The translations under genes were made by a program, and so were the position numbers. This document shows, piece after piece, positions 25,976 through 39,009 of a stretch of DNA of 64,000 nt. The notes beneath the pieces were generated by a model that was not told the origin of the DNA, ran no database searches, and saw nothing but the letters and a program-made list of their open reading frames with translations. The first letter of the stretch is position 1; each line of letters opens with the position of its first letter. Source of the stretch: Vicugna vicugna (taxonomy: Eukaryota); the NCBI GenBank assembly GCA_013265495.1, contig MU058824.1, forward strand, positions 1,577,111 through 1,641,110, in the 5' to 3' direction.

Positions 25976-26569
25976 TGGTTTCAATTTATCGCTTGCTTCT
26001 GCTTCTTTGTCTTGCCACCCTGAGCATCTAACTTCATGTGGCCTGCATTGCCAGGCAACAGCAGAACTTAGTTTCAGCTTTTCTGATGAGTAGAGCAGGC
26101 TCTTCCTTACCTGCTTTGCTTCAAATAGTGAGCTTGACTCTGGTCCCCCTTTGCATTGAATCTGGCTCTGCCCCTGCTTTTCTGGGATGCTATGAGTCTC
26201 TGTTGTCCTGGAGAATTCACACTGCCAGGTATCTTTGGCTGTTTCACATTTGGAGCCCATTAAGCTTACATCTCCACATAACATGTTGTGGTTTTTTTTT
26301 TTTTTCTTCTCTTTTTCCTAATTGAGATTTTTATCTAATATTTTTGTAATGTTGCATCTTTAACCTTACTATTTTTGTATTTCAGCTACTGTTGCTCTGT
26401 ATTTGGTATGGTGGGGAGGAGGGGACCTTAAAGTATGAATTTAATTTGCAATACCACCTTGGCTGGGATTCCTGTGTTTACTTCCTAAAACTGTGCCTGT
26501 CACTTTCTCCAGGAAACAGATGAGAGTGTGACAGCCACTTTAGAATGTACATAATTGTGACAGAACAAA

Positions 26570-27060
26570 AGCTCAGACTCTCAAGGTTAGAAGGAGCCTT
26601 CCAGTGCTTTAATCCCTCTAATGCATATCCCACAAGTGGACGTCTAGTGCCTGGACACCTTCAGGGATGGCTGGTCTGCCACTTCTTCATCCTATCTCTG
26701 AATAGCCCTGGTTTTTAAAAAGTTGTTCTTTTTCAGCTAATATATGCCTCCTTATAGCTTCTCTGCCCTAGGCCCCACTTCCCAACTCTAGTTCTACTTT
26801 TCCCCTCTGGAATCAAATAGACCTCATCTATGTGCTCTGTTTTTGAGAACACATCAGAGCATGGAGGCCATTACTGGGCCCCAACTGAGCCCTCCTTCTC
26901 CCGGCTGGACAGCTCCAGGTTCTGTAGCCTGAACTTGTGGGCTATGATGGCCTGTCCTCTTACCACATGGCTGCCTTCATGGACATTCTTCACATTTCCT
27001 CCTCCCTCTCATAGTCAGAGCCTGCACAGAGCCTCAAAGGTGGGTTTAGATGGATCCATC
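26570..27060 (-). mobile_element. L3/CR1 LINE fragment
   Basis: ggttagaaggagcctt, gacaccttcagggatgg, aaagttgttcttt, cttctcccggctggacagctccag. Confidence 0.6.
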
Positions 27061-27184
27061 AGTAACCACAACAGCCAAGCAAGTCTGTTCCCCCACCTCC
27101 TTGATCTGGGACCTTTCCTCCTATATGTGCATCTGTGAGCCACCTCATGGGATGGACTCCCGTGGCTTCTCGGTCAACCATCTT

Positions 27185-28040
27185 TCACTCATTCATTCAT
27201 TTATTCATTCCTTGGGTGTACCAGGGATGCCGTGGTGAACAAGACTGCCATGAAACTTGGAGTCTGGTGTGGGAGACAGATGTAGTTTGATCACGGCCAT
27301 AAGAGTTAAGTACATGGTGATGTGAGAGATTGTAACAGAGAACCTAACCAGGTTTGGGGAGGTTTTCCATAAGGAAGTGATGTCTCTATTTTCTTAACGT
27401 TTCCAAATCCAGATTCTCAAGAGAGGAGATCTCTGTCTTGGCAGCTCATTGCTACATGACCTGCAAGATTATAGGTCAGCGGCTAGCTTATGGGTTGGGA
27501 CTACATACCTTATCCAATTAACTATGCCTGGTATGTTCAGGATCTTTGAATATCATTCATTCATTCATTCATTCATCTGTCCATCCATTCATCCATTCCT
27601 TGGGTGTGCTCAGGATGCAATGAAGGAATCCATGACAGTCTTCACTGCTGTGGCAGCTCAGATGAGAATTATGTAGGTTAAGGATGGGGTGTGGGTGACA
27701 GTAGATGTGGCAGCCCTGTGGCTGGAGGGAACATGGCACATAAGAGGGACTGTGGCTGGAGTCTTGGGCATGAGGGCAAGCATGGGGCAAGGTAGCAGAA
27801 GTGGTGGCAGCGGCCGGACCATGGGCCTGGCCTTATAGGCCGTGGGCAGGATTTGAATCTTTATTGCTATCTTTAACATGAATTGGTATAGGAGGGACAT
27901 GAGAAAGATCTGTGTGGCCGCTAGGCAGAAAGTAGATGGGGATGGAAATAGACTGTTAGGGAGGGAGTTGGACCACGTTGATATTAGAGGAGATGGAGAG
28001 GAATGTCTGGATTAGAGAGAAAGTTGAGAAAGGAGGGGAA
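27185..28040 (-). mobile_element. L2 fragments with (TTCA)n tails
   Basis: attcattcat tails at ~27190 and ~27555; gtgaacaagac, gtctggtgtgggagacaga, ggccttataggcc blocks. Confidence 0.6.
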
Positions 28041-28072
28041 GGGGTGAGAGAGGGTTATGTCAAGAATGCACC

Positions 28073-28515
28073 CGCATTAGTTTCCTGGGGCTGCTGTACA
28101 AATGGGTGGCTTAAGACAACAGAATCTAGTCTCTCACAGTTTAGAAGGCCAGAAGTCTAAAATCAAGGTGTCAGTAGGGTCGTGCTCTCTGAAAGCTCTA
28201 GGGGAGAGTTGATCCTTCCTTGGCTTTTCCAGTTCCTGGAGACTGTTGGCATTCCTTGATCCACATCTACATCATTCCAATCTCTGCCTCTGTGGTCACA
28301 GTGTCTCCTCCTCTTCTGTCTGTCTCTTCTCCCTCTGCCTCATTCATGAGATTTAGGGCCAGCCTGGATATTCCAGGATAAGCGTCTCCTCTCAAAATCC
28401 TTAACTTAATTACATCTCTTGCCATATAAGGTAATATTCACTCCTTTACCACATATAGTAGCATTTACCAGCTCCGGGACTTAGGACGTATGTTTCTGCA
28501 GGCCATGATACACCC
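28073..28515 (-). mobile_element. MaLR solo LTR, MLT1C-like
   Basis: attagtttcctggggctgctgt, aaaatcaaggtgtcag, ccaatctctgcctc, atccttaacttaattacatct. Confidence 0.85.
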
Positions 28516-28544
28516 CCTGTGGTGCTCAAAGACAGACTATGTAA

Positions 28545-28800
28545 GTTAGCACTTACCTAGTGCTGACTGAAGACCAGGCACTGTGGCCTGATTGCTTCAG
28601 ATGTACCGGCTCATTTAGACCACTTAGCCTTAGCAACCTTATACAGGTACTATTGTCATCCCTGCTTTGTGGACGAGGAAGCTGAGGCTCAGAGAGGTCA
28701 GACTTGCCCTCTGTCACGGCACCATGAAGCCTTGGAGCTGGGATTAGAACCCCGGCAGTCTGGTTTGAGAGTCCTTGCTCCTAACCAGCTGGCTGCACTG
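28545..28800 (-). mobile_element. MIR SINE
   Basis: gaggaagctgaggctcagagaggt...gagctgggattagaaccccggcagtctg. Confidence 0.75.
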
Positions 28801-29554
28801 CCTTCCTGTGCTGGATATATGGAACCATGGCGCTGCCCCCTGAGATGAGGCACTGGGGAGAGGCTCAGTGGTGGAGGGGTGGACAGGAGTTTGGTTTGGA
28901 ACATGAGGAGCCACAGCCCCTGATGTCTACACCCCTGTCTCCTCCTGGGATGGCCAGCCTTCTTCAGAACCACCAGTTCCACTGTCCAGCCTCCTGGCCC
29001 AGAGGACTGGCTCCAGGGCCTTGGTGCTCATACAGAGACTACACTCTCCTCACTGCCAAACACCCACCTTGGAGCCCTGTCCTTCAACCTCAGTCTTGCC
29101 TCCTCCTTGCTTAGGAGTTAGGGCTCAGCCCATCTGGTTGTGTTATGGCTGGGAAGAGGCATGTGCTCTGCTGCGTGGGGAAATCACCCTGTTAAAAATC
29201 AGGAGAACTCACACTCCACTTTCACTTGCAACATGGGCAGTCTTCAGATGGCATGAATGGGAGGGAAAAGGCATTCCAGGTGCAGGAAGTTGGAGGGAAT
29301 GTGGGGAGCAAAGATGCAGAGGTGGGAACAGATGGGTTAACTTTGGGAAAGGATAGTTGCAAGATGACTGTGATGTAGGGCACCTGAAGGGGATGGCAGA
29401 GGGGCTGGAAGAGGCCAAATTCCAGGGTGTCCAGGATGCTAGTGTGAAGGGACAGAGGTGGTTTTGTAAGAAATGATTCTGTTTCAGTCATAGAGATGCA
29501 TGTTCTTTGCACTTTTTTTTGATGGAAAGTGATAATAAAAGAAAAATAAGGGTA

Positions 29555-29750
29555 GCAGGCACAGTGCTTAGGATGTACCAGGTATTATTCCAAGTGGTTT
29601 ATAAGTATTTTCTCATTTGTTTCTCACACCAACTCTGGGAGGGTAAGTCCCTTTATCCGATACCATTTACAGATGAAGAAATGGGTGCTGTGATGTTAAG
29701 CGAGGTGCCCAGGGCTCAGGCCTAGTCAGTTGTCACGGGGCTTGAAGCCC
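29555..29750 (-). mobile_element. MIR SINE
   Basis: ccatttacagatgaagaaatg...gttaagcgaggtgcccaggg. Confidence 0.7.
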
Positions 29751-30319
29751 AAGTTAAAGGAAGATTTGAAAGTGGCAGATACCCTAGAGATGCCCCTCAC
29801 CCTAGTCCTAGATGGCAGCAGCAGTCTCTAGGCCCTAGAAGATCAGTTAGGAAGAGCAGAAGACTTTTGGCCCCCTGAGGAATCATAGCGATTGCTGACG
29901 TTCAGGCTGAGCTTGTGAGTTTCCTGATCGCATTCATGTAGGCATCCCAACAGCTCTGTAAGGCAGGTAACCTTAACCCTGGCAAGTGAGGCAGGGGCCC
30001 AGAGCCCTAAAGAGAGAAGGCCCAGTGCGGCGACCAGGCCACTGCATATCTGTGCAAGGCCCTGAAGAAGTGCAGCTTGCACCAAGCCCCTTTGCTCCCC
30101 GTTTCTGGACAGTGCCCCTGTTCACACCAAGAGCTGTGCTTCTCCTGGCCTCCCCATTCGGGGCTCACACTGTCTGAGACTGGCAGGGTGGTGTGGTTAG
30201 ATGCCGACCCGGGGACTGTGGTCAGGTTGCTCCATGGCACCACGCATCCCTGCTAAGACCTTGCTGCCCTGGTTTTGTCTTATTGGTGCACTTTGCCCTG
30301 TTCTGTTACTCCTCGTCAC

Positions 30320-30670
30320 TTCCCTGTATACATGTCTTGTCTCCTTGTTGACCATGCTTCTATGTCATTCAGGGCAATGAGGCTTGAGACCAGGAGGGCA
30401 GGGACCATGCAGTCTTGACTCTTCCACCTCCAGTACCACTACAATGAATGATATGCAGTGGGTGCTTAATATTATTTATTGGATCAGGGAGAGAATGGTT
30501 AATTCCTGGGAGTCAGGAAGTCTGGGTTGAGCACCATCTCTGTAACCAATGAGCTGTAGATCCTCAGGAAAGTCACTTAACCTGTCTGAGCTTCAGTTTC
30601 CTATTTGTAAAGTAGGCATGATCATGTTTGTTCTGGCAGTGTTGCAGGTGACTGTGAGAGTCAAAGGGAA
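30320..30670 (+). mobile_element. L2 3' end followed by MIR
   Basis: ggagggcagggaccatg...gtgggtgcttaata; then gggagtcagg...aagtcacttaacctgtctgagcttcagtttcctatttgtaaa. Confidence 0.7.
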
Positions 30671-31184
30671 ACTGACACATCCTTGTAAGCTAGAATGGGC
30701 TTTGTATCAGGAATCTTATCACTAGCATCTTTATTACTATTGTTGTTGTCGGTACTAATATCCAGTTAGAATTCAATAAATGCACATTCAAGGAATGACC
30801 TTCCAGTGAGTGGCTCCAATCCATGAAATTGTTGCCAAGTGGTGGGCAATCAGCAGGCAAATTTCTCAGGACCTGTCCCGTGCTCAGCCTTCTGCACATT
30901 GCAGAGGCAAGAACAAAGCTTGGAGAGCACAGTCTTCTGAAACAAAAGGAAAAACACTAGGAGCCTAAAGGGGCCTGGGGGCCATTGCAGCAAGTGTAAG
31001 GGCAATGTTGGGCTGCAGACGAAGACCCTGAGAACTTTGGAGAGTCTGCAGTCTTTGGATCCCATGGAGCTCCCAGACATCCTATCCTGCAGAAATAGTT
31101 GCTCAGTAAAATCCAAGGAATAAATGTACGTGGAGTGTGGGGGACCTTGTGGGGCAAAGGAGGGTGGGCAGAAAAATGAGTTGG

Positions 31185-31340
31185 CACCTCAGACTTTAGT
31201 GCACATCCAAATCATCAGGGATGCTAATTTAAAAGAGGCCAGCCCTGGAGGTTTCTATCTGTGTGGTCTACAGTAGCACTTGGGAAGTGGCATTTTAACA
31301 AGCCACCAGGTTGTTCTGATGCATTTGTCCACCGCCCTGT
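31185..31340. mobile_element. MER5A-like hAT MITE
   Basis: ctcagactttagtgcacatccaaatcatcaggga...gcattttaacaagccaccaggttgttctgatgca. Confidence 0.65.
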
Positions 31341-32635
31341 GTCTGGAGCTGGGCTCCATGCCCCAGCCTCCAGTTGTCAAAACCCAGCCAAACAGAACTC
31401 CTTAAAAATGCATGGAACACAATGGGAAAGCACAAATCTGAATGCAAGGTGGTATTTTCAAACAGAACAGAAAGTTATTTTTGTACGTGTTGGTGGGAAG
31501 GTTCTTGAGGTTTAGTGAACTCAAGTTGAGTCTGTTGCTCCGTGCTGCTCTAATTATGGTCCCTGAAGCTCTCAGTGGGAAGTAAAAACCAGAATGTTGT
31601 TTCTGAAGATCTTATGTGCTATCCTGGAAGGTCTGTTTTGCAAAATTAATCAGCTTTGGGCCAGTTTCTGAACCCGAACCATTTGGGATTTCTGAGCTGC
31701 AGTTAGAGAAAGCATGGGTAGAGGAAATAATTCCTTCTTCTAGTCTTTGTTCCCAGTGCATTGGCTTAGCTCACTGGTTTGCCAGGCACAGGGCTGGGAT
31801 CCAAAACTTGCAGACATGGCCTTTGCCCTTGAGGGAGGACCAGAAAAGCAAACACACAGCTGGAATATGAAGAGGAAAAGAAGTGTAGTTGGAAGGTGCA
31901 GTAAGGGTCTTGAGAGAATAATACCAACCAAAGGGAAACCGGATGAAAAATCAATTAACAAAATTTGCAGGAGTAGACTACTCCCTGAAAAGTAATTAGA
32001 AATATTAAATTCCTCCTCTCTCTTGCATGAATGAATGTTGGCTATTGAGGAAACACAGTGGAAAAGTTGTTCCGGACCAGATTCTTTGCTTGAGAAGGTC
32101 CACTTGGGTCTTGGTTGCAGCAGGCAAGGGGAAAGTTGCTGTAAGAATTATTTATGGTCTTCAGGGATCTTGTTTATCTCCCTGAAATAGGGAATGTCTC
32201 AGCAAATGAAATGAGGTGCGCTATCCGAGACAGGCCAGAGAGAGCGGGCTGTTTATTTACATGCGACCGATTTCTTTTTTGGTCTACACTTGTTAGCGGT
32301 CTTATTAGCAACAACAGTAACAATAATTCTGGCAGCAATCCCAGGCGTTTGTTCAATCCTGGAGTTTCCAGAGCCTGTGTTGTCCAGCGTCTTGGCTGTC
32401 CCTCCCTATAGCTGTAGGAGGCAGGTAGAAAAAGCATCATTGCACCTAATTGGTGAGGAAGCTGAGTCCCAGAGGGACTGCCAGGTTGCACCCAGCACCG
32501 TGCCTGCTCTGACTGTGGAGCCCTGGACTCTCCACTACAGACTATGCCCCACACCCCGCCCCCTGCACTTGGTGGAATCCTGTATGGGGGTGTTTAAGGA
32601 AGGAAGAAATTGTGGCAGGTACAGGTAGTTTGCTA

Positions 32636-32770
32636 AGAAAGAGAGAGGGAAGGAAAGAAGGAAGGAAGGAAGGAAGGACAGATGGAAGGAAGGAAGGACA
32701 GATGGAAGGACGGACAGAAGGACAGAGTGAGGGGGAGGGAGGGAGGAAGAGAGAAAGAAAGAGAGAGGAG
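32636..32770 (+). repeat. Purine-rich compound simple repeat (GGAA/GGAC/GGAT/GA)
   Basis: aaggaaggaaggaaggacagatggaaggaaggaaggacagatggaaggacggacaga. Confidence 0.9.
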
Positions 32771-33619
32771 AATCTCCTTAGAGATTCAGTTCCCTTTCCT
32801 CCATGTTTTTCCCTCTCCCATTGAATTAATTAACAGTGGAGAATTGATCCCAGGTGCCTGGGCAGGTTTGTTTGTATTCTTATTTTAAGGAATGTTTCCT
32901 AAGAGATATTAGAAAGAGCAGTTGTTCTAGTAAAATCTTTCTAAAACCAACCTGGCAGCCCTGCCAGGGGCACTTCTTGTCGCTGGATGGGTTTGTGATG
33001 GTGTGTTACTGGAAATCACATTCCTAGGCAGCTGGGCAGTGGGGAGGCCCTGACACCCACTGCCGTGGTCAGCCATACCTGCAGGTTTGTCCATCTGTGA
33101 ACAAGCCGAGCATCTCCTGGCTCACCCTCACCCTTGGGGGCTCAAAAGTCCCCAGTGAAGATGTGGGCAACCCAGGGAATGCTCACAGTGACCAGCCCTT
33201 GATCCATACTGGCCTTGACAGAGCTTTCGCAGAGCATTGTGACATGGGAAAATAAGAAGGGGCTGGCTCCTGTTGTTATTTTGAAGGCCTCTACTTTGAG
33301 ATGGTGCGCTTCCTTCTCTCCTCCTCCTTCCTTGTTAGCATGTCCTTTAAAAACCAAATGGTGGTGATAGAGGATGTTAGCATTTGTTTGTTCATTTTGT
33401 TTTGTTCTTTAATGCCCTCATCCTCACTTGAGAAAATAAAATTTAACGACCTGCCTTGGCATTCTGATTTGGATAACGGGGGAATTGTGTGTTTTATGAT
33501 GGCTAGGAGTCTGGGCACTGCCGTTACAGAAGTGTGTGAGGTCCACGGGGCACAGGGAGGAAGTGGCCATCCTGATTGCTGGGACCAGGGAGGATTGGGG
33601 GCAGAAAGGGCTGTCTGAG

Positions 33620-34075
33620 CTGCGCCTTGGAAGGCGAGGGGAGAGGGTGCTCACCAGGGAAGGGGCATTCCAGGAGGAGAGGCTGGTGAGGAAAGGCAGG
33701 CAGAGTTGAGGTGCTCCTGAGAACACTGCCTGCCAGCTTGAGGGAGGAGTTCAGGCGGGGAAAGCTGAGGCCAGCCAGACGTGTAGGTGGCTGATCTGGG
33801 AGGCCATGTGTGGCAGATGAAGGAGCTTGAACTAAGTGCCTTTGGCCATGGGGGTCTGTGAAATTCTTTGAGTAGAGAGTGAAATGAGCATTTAGGGAGA
33901 TCACTCTGGAGGGAAGGTGAACAGCAGAGGGTAGGCAGCAGGCCTGAGAGCAGAAGGACTGCCTGCGGTTCAGGGGAGAGATGATGAGGCCAGACAGGAG
34001 TGCATGGCAGTGGGGACAGAGAGGCTGGCCTGATTCCATAGATGCTCAGCCAGTAGACCTTCAGGACTTGGGGCT
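33620..34075 (-). mobile_element. L2 LINE fragment
   Basis: gagctgcgccttggaagg, gcattccagg, ggccatggggg...ttgagtagagagtg, tttagggagatcactctgg. Confidence 0.7.
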
Positions 34076-35133
34076 TGCAAAGCTGGGGAGGCTGCAGGGG
34101 AGTGTTAATGCTGATTCTGACACAAATTTCGACAACAGTAACAGTAACTGAGCTTTTCCATGAACTGAGCACCTGCTGAGCACTATACCTATGCAGAAGG
34201 CTTCCAGAAAGCAGTTTTCTCAGTGTTTGAGTATACAGCCTGTGTCCTTCCGGACACATTTGCATTCAGCCTTCTGGGACACTGGCCAGATGTGAAGGAT
34301 GGTGGTGACTGCAGGTTTGGGGCTATGGGTCACCCAGGTGGAGACCAGATCAGTTTGGGACTGAGGGCAGGATTTAGGGTCACATCTGCAGGAGGTGGCT
34401 GATGTAGTAGGGTGGGAAAAACCGCCCATAAATACTGCCTGAAAGACATGCTTTGCCCAGCTGAGGGGAGTGGGCGCTATGCTGCCTTTCCAGTCCTCCA
34501 TGCCTCTCTTCCTAGCTGTGATTTGGAGTTAGTGTATTTCCCTCAGGAGCTCCTGAGATCACTGAAATAGGAAAGGGAAGATTTCAGGGTCCGCTTGGCC
34601 CTTTCTTTTCCTTTTGTTTTCTCTTGAGCTTTTTATTATGGATGATTTCAGAAATATATCACAGTAGAAAGAGTGGGATAAACAGCCTCTGGGAAGCCAT
34701 CCTCCAGCTGCAGCAATTACTTAGAGTGTCCCTGCTCCTTTCTCCTCACCCTCCTAGTGTTCAGATGCCCCCCATCCAAGCATTCTCTGCTTTGGACCTT
34801 GTCTCTGTCCATCTCTCCAATGGTCTGCTTCAGCCAGACTGGGCTGGTGGATCGTCAACATGTCTTGTCCCACTCCCGCCTCTCCCTTGCTGTCCTGTCT
34901 CATCCTCTAATCGTCTAGAACACCCTCAGGTCTCCCTTCCTTCTCCCTTGGGAAAATCTTCCTGGTGCCGAGGTTTGTGTCCTGAGCTTACATCTGAGCC
35001 TGCTTGGGCCCGTCTCGGCTTGTCTGTGTAACCTGCATGGAGCCCACCAATACCCACTGTATACTGTGAGTTAGAGGTCTGGGCCACACGCTCCGTAAGA
35101 TGGAGGAAGTGCCTGTTAGCCTGGCATTCATGG

Positions 35134-35470
35134 TGCTATGGACTGACTATTTGTCCCCACCACCCAAGGTTCATATGTTGAAACCTAATCCCCAGTGTGG
35201 TGGTATTTGGGGCTGGGCCTTTGGCGGGCGATTACGTTATGAGGATGGAGCCCTCATGATGGGATAGTGCCCTTAGAAAAGTGACCCAGAGCTCCCTTGC
35301 CTCTTCTGCCATCAGAGGACACAGTGAGAACCAGGAAGCTGGCTCTCACTGGATTCTGAAACTGCCCTGACTTCAGACTTCCCAGCCTCCAGAACTGTGA
35401 GAAATAAATATGTATTGTTTAAGCAAGCAGTCAATGGTATCTGTTATCACAGTTCAAATGAACTATGACA
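35134..35470 (+). mobile_element. MaLR solo LTR, MLT1A/A0-like
   Basis: tgctatggactga start, ttcatatgttgaaacctaatcccca, ggagccctcatga, gacttcccagcctccagaactgtgagaaataaat, ends gaactatgaca. Confidence 0.9.
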
Positions 35471-36989
35471 CAGGCCATTTGTCACTCAGCATCAATCAGG
35501 TCAAGAGAAAACCCCAGCCGCCTCATCCAGTGTTGAAAGTCCAAGATGGTACTTCTTTCGTGGGAGGTTGTTGTGTTTTATCTTTTCTATTGTCCATTTG
35601 GCCAGAGGGTCTGGATCTCTTTTAGGGCAGAAGGGACCTCTCCTGGTTCAATGGCAGTGGGAACCCAGAGCCTATCCCCTGGGGTCATACCAAGTCAGTG
35701 CTTCGAGAGGCTTCCTGAGGAACTGAGTTTGAAATCCCTAGGTTCGCGTCCTCACCCGCAGGGCCCCCAGAGACCTCACCCAGGAGCGAGACCCTCCACA
35801 TCTCTCTCCACTGACCCGACAGCTGAGGATGCCCATCTTATCTTATGCTCAGTTTGGCAGCCTGGCACAGAGGTCTAGTTCTGTGCCAGGCCCAAGCGAC
35901 GTGGCCCAGGCATGGTTCTTGCCCTTGGGTATACCTTCTCCCATGGACAGGAGAGCCAGCCATGGCAACAACAGGCTGTTTAATAAAAGACGGAGTAAAT
36001 CCCACAAAGAAGACATGGTGGGTGTGCTGTGACCAAACAGAAAATCCTGCCCATCCCACATGGCCTAGAGGCAGCTCTGAGGCTGAGGAGGTGTGTGTGC
36101 ATCCATGAGCACTGGATGAGCTTTTGGGTCCATGCCTCCTCCAGCCACGTGGAAAAACACTCAAGGCACTTGATGAACATGGGCTGTGTCTACGCCCCTG
36201 GCTAGACCCTGCCATGACAGCTGAAAATTAAAGTCCACCCCGCCTACCCCAAGGTAGATCCATTACACAGAGACTCCGGATGCACAGGTTTGGGGATTTT
36301 CTTTCTCCTTCTTGCACATGTGAAATTTTAGTTTTTAAGCAAACAGTAATTAAAACTAACATAACACAAAGAAACAACAATGCACATTTTAATTTATTTA
36401 TTTCAGCTGACTGCATCAGCTGGCCTCCTAGTGAAATTCTTTTGTTGTTTTCTATTATGCACTATGTCAACAATACATCTCCCTGTGGAATTTTAAGTTC
36501 TTTCTGTTTCTAGAGGGTGTGGAGAGTTTAGTGTGGGTGTGGTGTCAGGATGGAATATTGCGTAGTTTGTACCGCGAAATAGATGATGCATTTCCTGAAC
36601 TGTGGAAAATTCAGATAGTCCTATCTTCCAGTTTGAAAGCCTTCTCCTCCAAGAAGCCTTTTCCTGTCTCTTTAGTCCTGGTCACTGACCCCCACACCCC
36701 CACCTAAGGGGCCCTATAGGTGGGTGGACAGATGGTATAATCAGAAGTGCCTAGATTAGTGCATGGCTCTTGGAACTGTTTATAAATGGATACTCCTTGC
36801 TGCTCTCCCCCAGTCGTGTGCCCTTCCCTTCCTCCCCTTGCATGGCTCATTCTTCCTCACTTCTCTGAGCATTTTGCTCCAAGTTTCCTTGTCTGTGCCA
36901 TCACGCCAGTTGGTTCAGAGATGCTTGCTACCACTTCATCCTTGGGGCCCCCCCCTCTCTCCAGGCCTCATGAGATCATGGGTAAGTGC

Positions 36990-37180
36990 ATATACAGGCT
37001 GGCCCCAAGCCTGACTCCTCTTCTGCTGTGTGTCCTTGAGTTGGTTATTTAAAGTCTGAGATTTTGTTCCCAGTCTGTAAAATGGGCATGCTGTGAAGGT
37101 TGTTACTTGAGATGATGTTTGTGAAGAATTTAGGATTTTACCTGGCACATACTGAGCCTCCGGAGTTGCGAGCTATTATT
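36990..37180 (+). mobile_element. MIR SINE
   Basis: gctgtgtgtccttgag...tctgtaaaatggg...cctggcacata. Confidence 0.65.
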
Positions 37181-38174
37181 ATCTTGTTGTTTTGTCCCTG
37201 GTGTGTTGTTTATGATCACAAAGCTCCTTATTTAAAAATAAAATTCTGTGTGCTCTACTATTATGCAGGAGACTCCAGCACATTCTTTCATCTATTTTAG
37301 AGCAACGTGAACAGAATCTTGGTGGGGTGCAGGGAATCCTGGACCAGCAGGAGTTGGGGGTCTGTGTGGTCTCAGATAAGCCGCACCCCTTGGGTTCCCC
37401 AACAGTAGAATGCAGCACTCAGCTCAGACAACCTCTATGTGCCATTCCTGACCTGACATTTCCTGGAATATTAGTGTGTGGAGACTGGGCACAGTATGTG
37501 GGTAGGTCCTCATCAGCTCCTAGTTGGTGAAGTTGAGTCAGTCCTGGGGTTTTCTGGAAAGCTTCATGATGGTGGCCACCCCTTCCTCTGTGCTTCCTTA
37601 AGCCCCTCTTTTGGGTTTTGGGGAACAGAGCTGCCAGTTCTGTGCCCATCATGAGCAGGGATGCCTGGCGTGATGTCCCAAATCTGCTGCTGTTTGGAGA
37701 AGAGTCTTGACAGAATTTGTGAAAAGTGTCCTTACAACCTGCAAGGCAGCCAGTGGAGATGTGCCTGGCAGAACACAAGGATGGAGACTGGGCGGCAGGG
37801 TCGGGAAGCCTGGTTGTCATGTCAACAGATTGGCCAAAAATAGAGAGGGGTGGGTCCCCATACGGTGCCTGTCATGACCACAGCACCCGCTCCTTCCATG
37901 GCAGGGCTGGGGCTGGACCAGGCTTGTAGAGCCGTAAAAGTGGGGGGACATGTGAGGGACCAGATGGGGCAGGCACTGTCCTGGGGTCTCTGTTGCTGTT
38001 TAATGTGAAGCTTGAGAAGGAAACTCACAAGCCAGTGCCCACTCCCAAGGCTGCTGTGATTCCACTCATTGGCCCAGGGTGAGGAGGGATGGTAAGTGGG
38101 TCAGCACACATTCCTGGAGCACCTATGTACGCGTGCATGCTGGGGCCAGTAGGCTCCTGAGGAAAGTACACTGA

Positions 38175-38400
38175 ATAGCTAGCATTTATCAGGTATTCCC
38201 TGGGTGCCAGGCACTCTTCCTGGGCTTTGAATTAACCAGTTGTACCCTCACAACAACTATATGCAGACACTATTATCCCCGTTTATCGGGGAGGAAACAG
38301 ATGCACAGAGACTAAAGAATTGGTCCAAGGTCAATAGGCTATTAAATAGGAGATGTGAACCCAGGGACCTGGCTCCAGGGGTGGACCCTTGACCACAGAG
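38175..38400 (-). mobile_element. MIR SINE
   Basis: gctagcatttat...gtgccaggcact, cctcacaacaac, gaggaaacaga.gcacagaga, ccaaggtca, tgaacccagg. Confidence 0.8.
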
Positions 38401-39009
38401 GTACAGGAGATAGCTCTGTCCTTAGAAAGCCATGCTCCAGGGGCTGTCCTGGGCCATCCTACCCCAGAGGTGCTGAATTAGCGCACGGAAAGGGCATCTC
38501 ACCCGGTGAAGGCTTCCAGGAGGAAGCAAGATGTGCTGGGCTTGGCTGGACACAGTGAGTGGACATGGCTGTTGTGACAGAGTCCACATGCAGTCTGAGT
38601 AGTGGGCCTGTTGCTGGGTGAGGGGAGCATGGGTTCTGGGCAGGAGGGTCTGTCCAGCTCGCTCAGCGACTGGCTGTGTGCCCTGGGCAACTTCCTTCTC
38701 TTCCCTTCACTCCTCTTTCCTCAGGACAAGAAGGCAGAGGGGAGCTGGGCAAGGAGGCCTCCAGGCTCCTGAGCACACACACGTTCTGTCCCCCAGACAC
38801 GAGCCATTTGGTGCTTCTCTGTATTCATTATTTAGTTCCACTTTGATTTCTCTTTAGTTTCTTTGTAAAGTGTCATTTGAAAAAGGCATGAATTCCCCGT
38901 GAGGCTGAGAGAGTAGGGAGGAATGAATTTCTCTTCCATTGTACAGATTAGGAAACTGAGGCCCAGGGAAGCCATGAGAACTGTTCTAGGGAAGATATTT
39001 TCCTACTTG

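Noticed and set aside
33524..34265. Longest ORFs in the track (204 aa and 171 aa, minus strand)
   Set aside because: They overlap a decayed L2, are low-complexity (P/S/L-rich) and show no recognisable domain.
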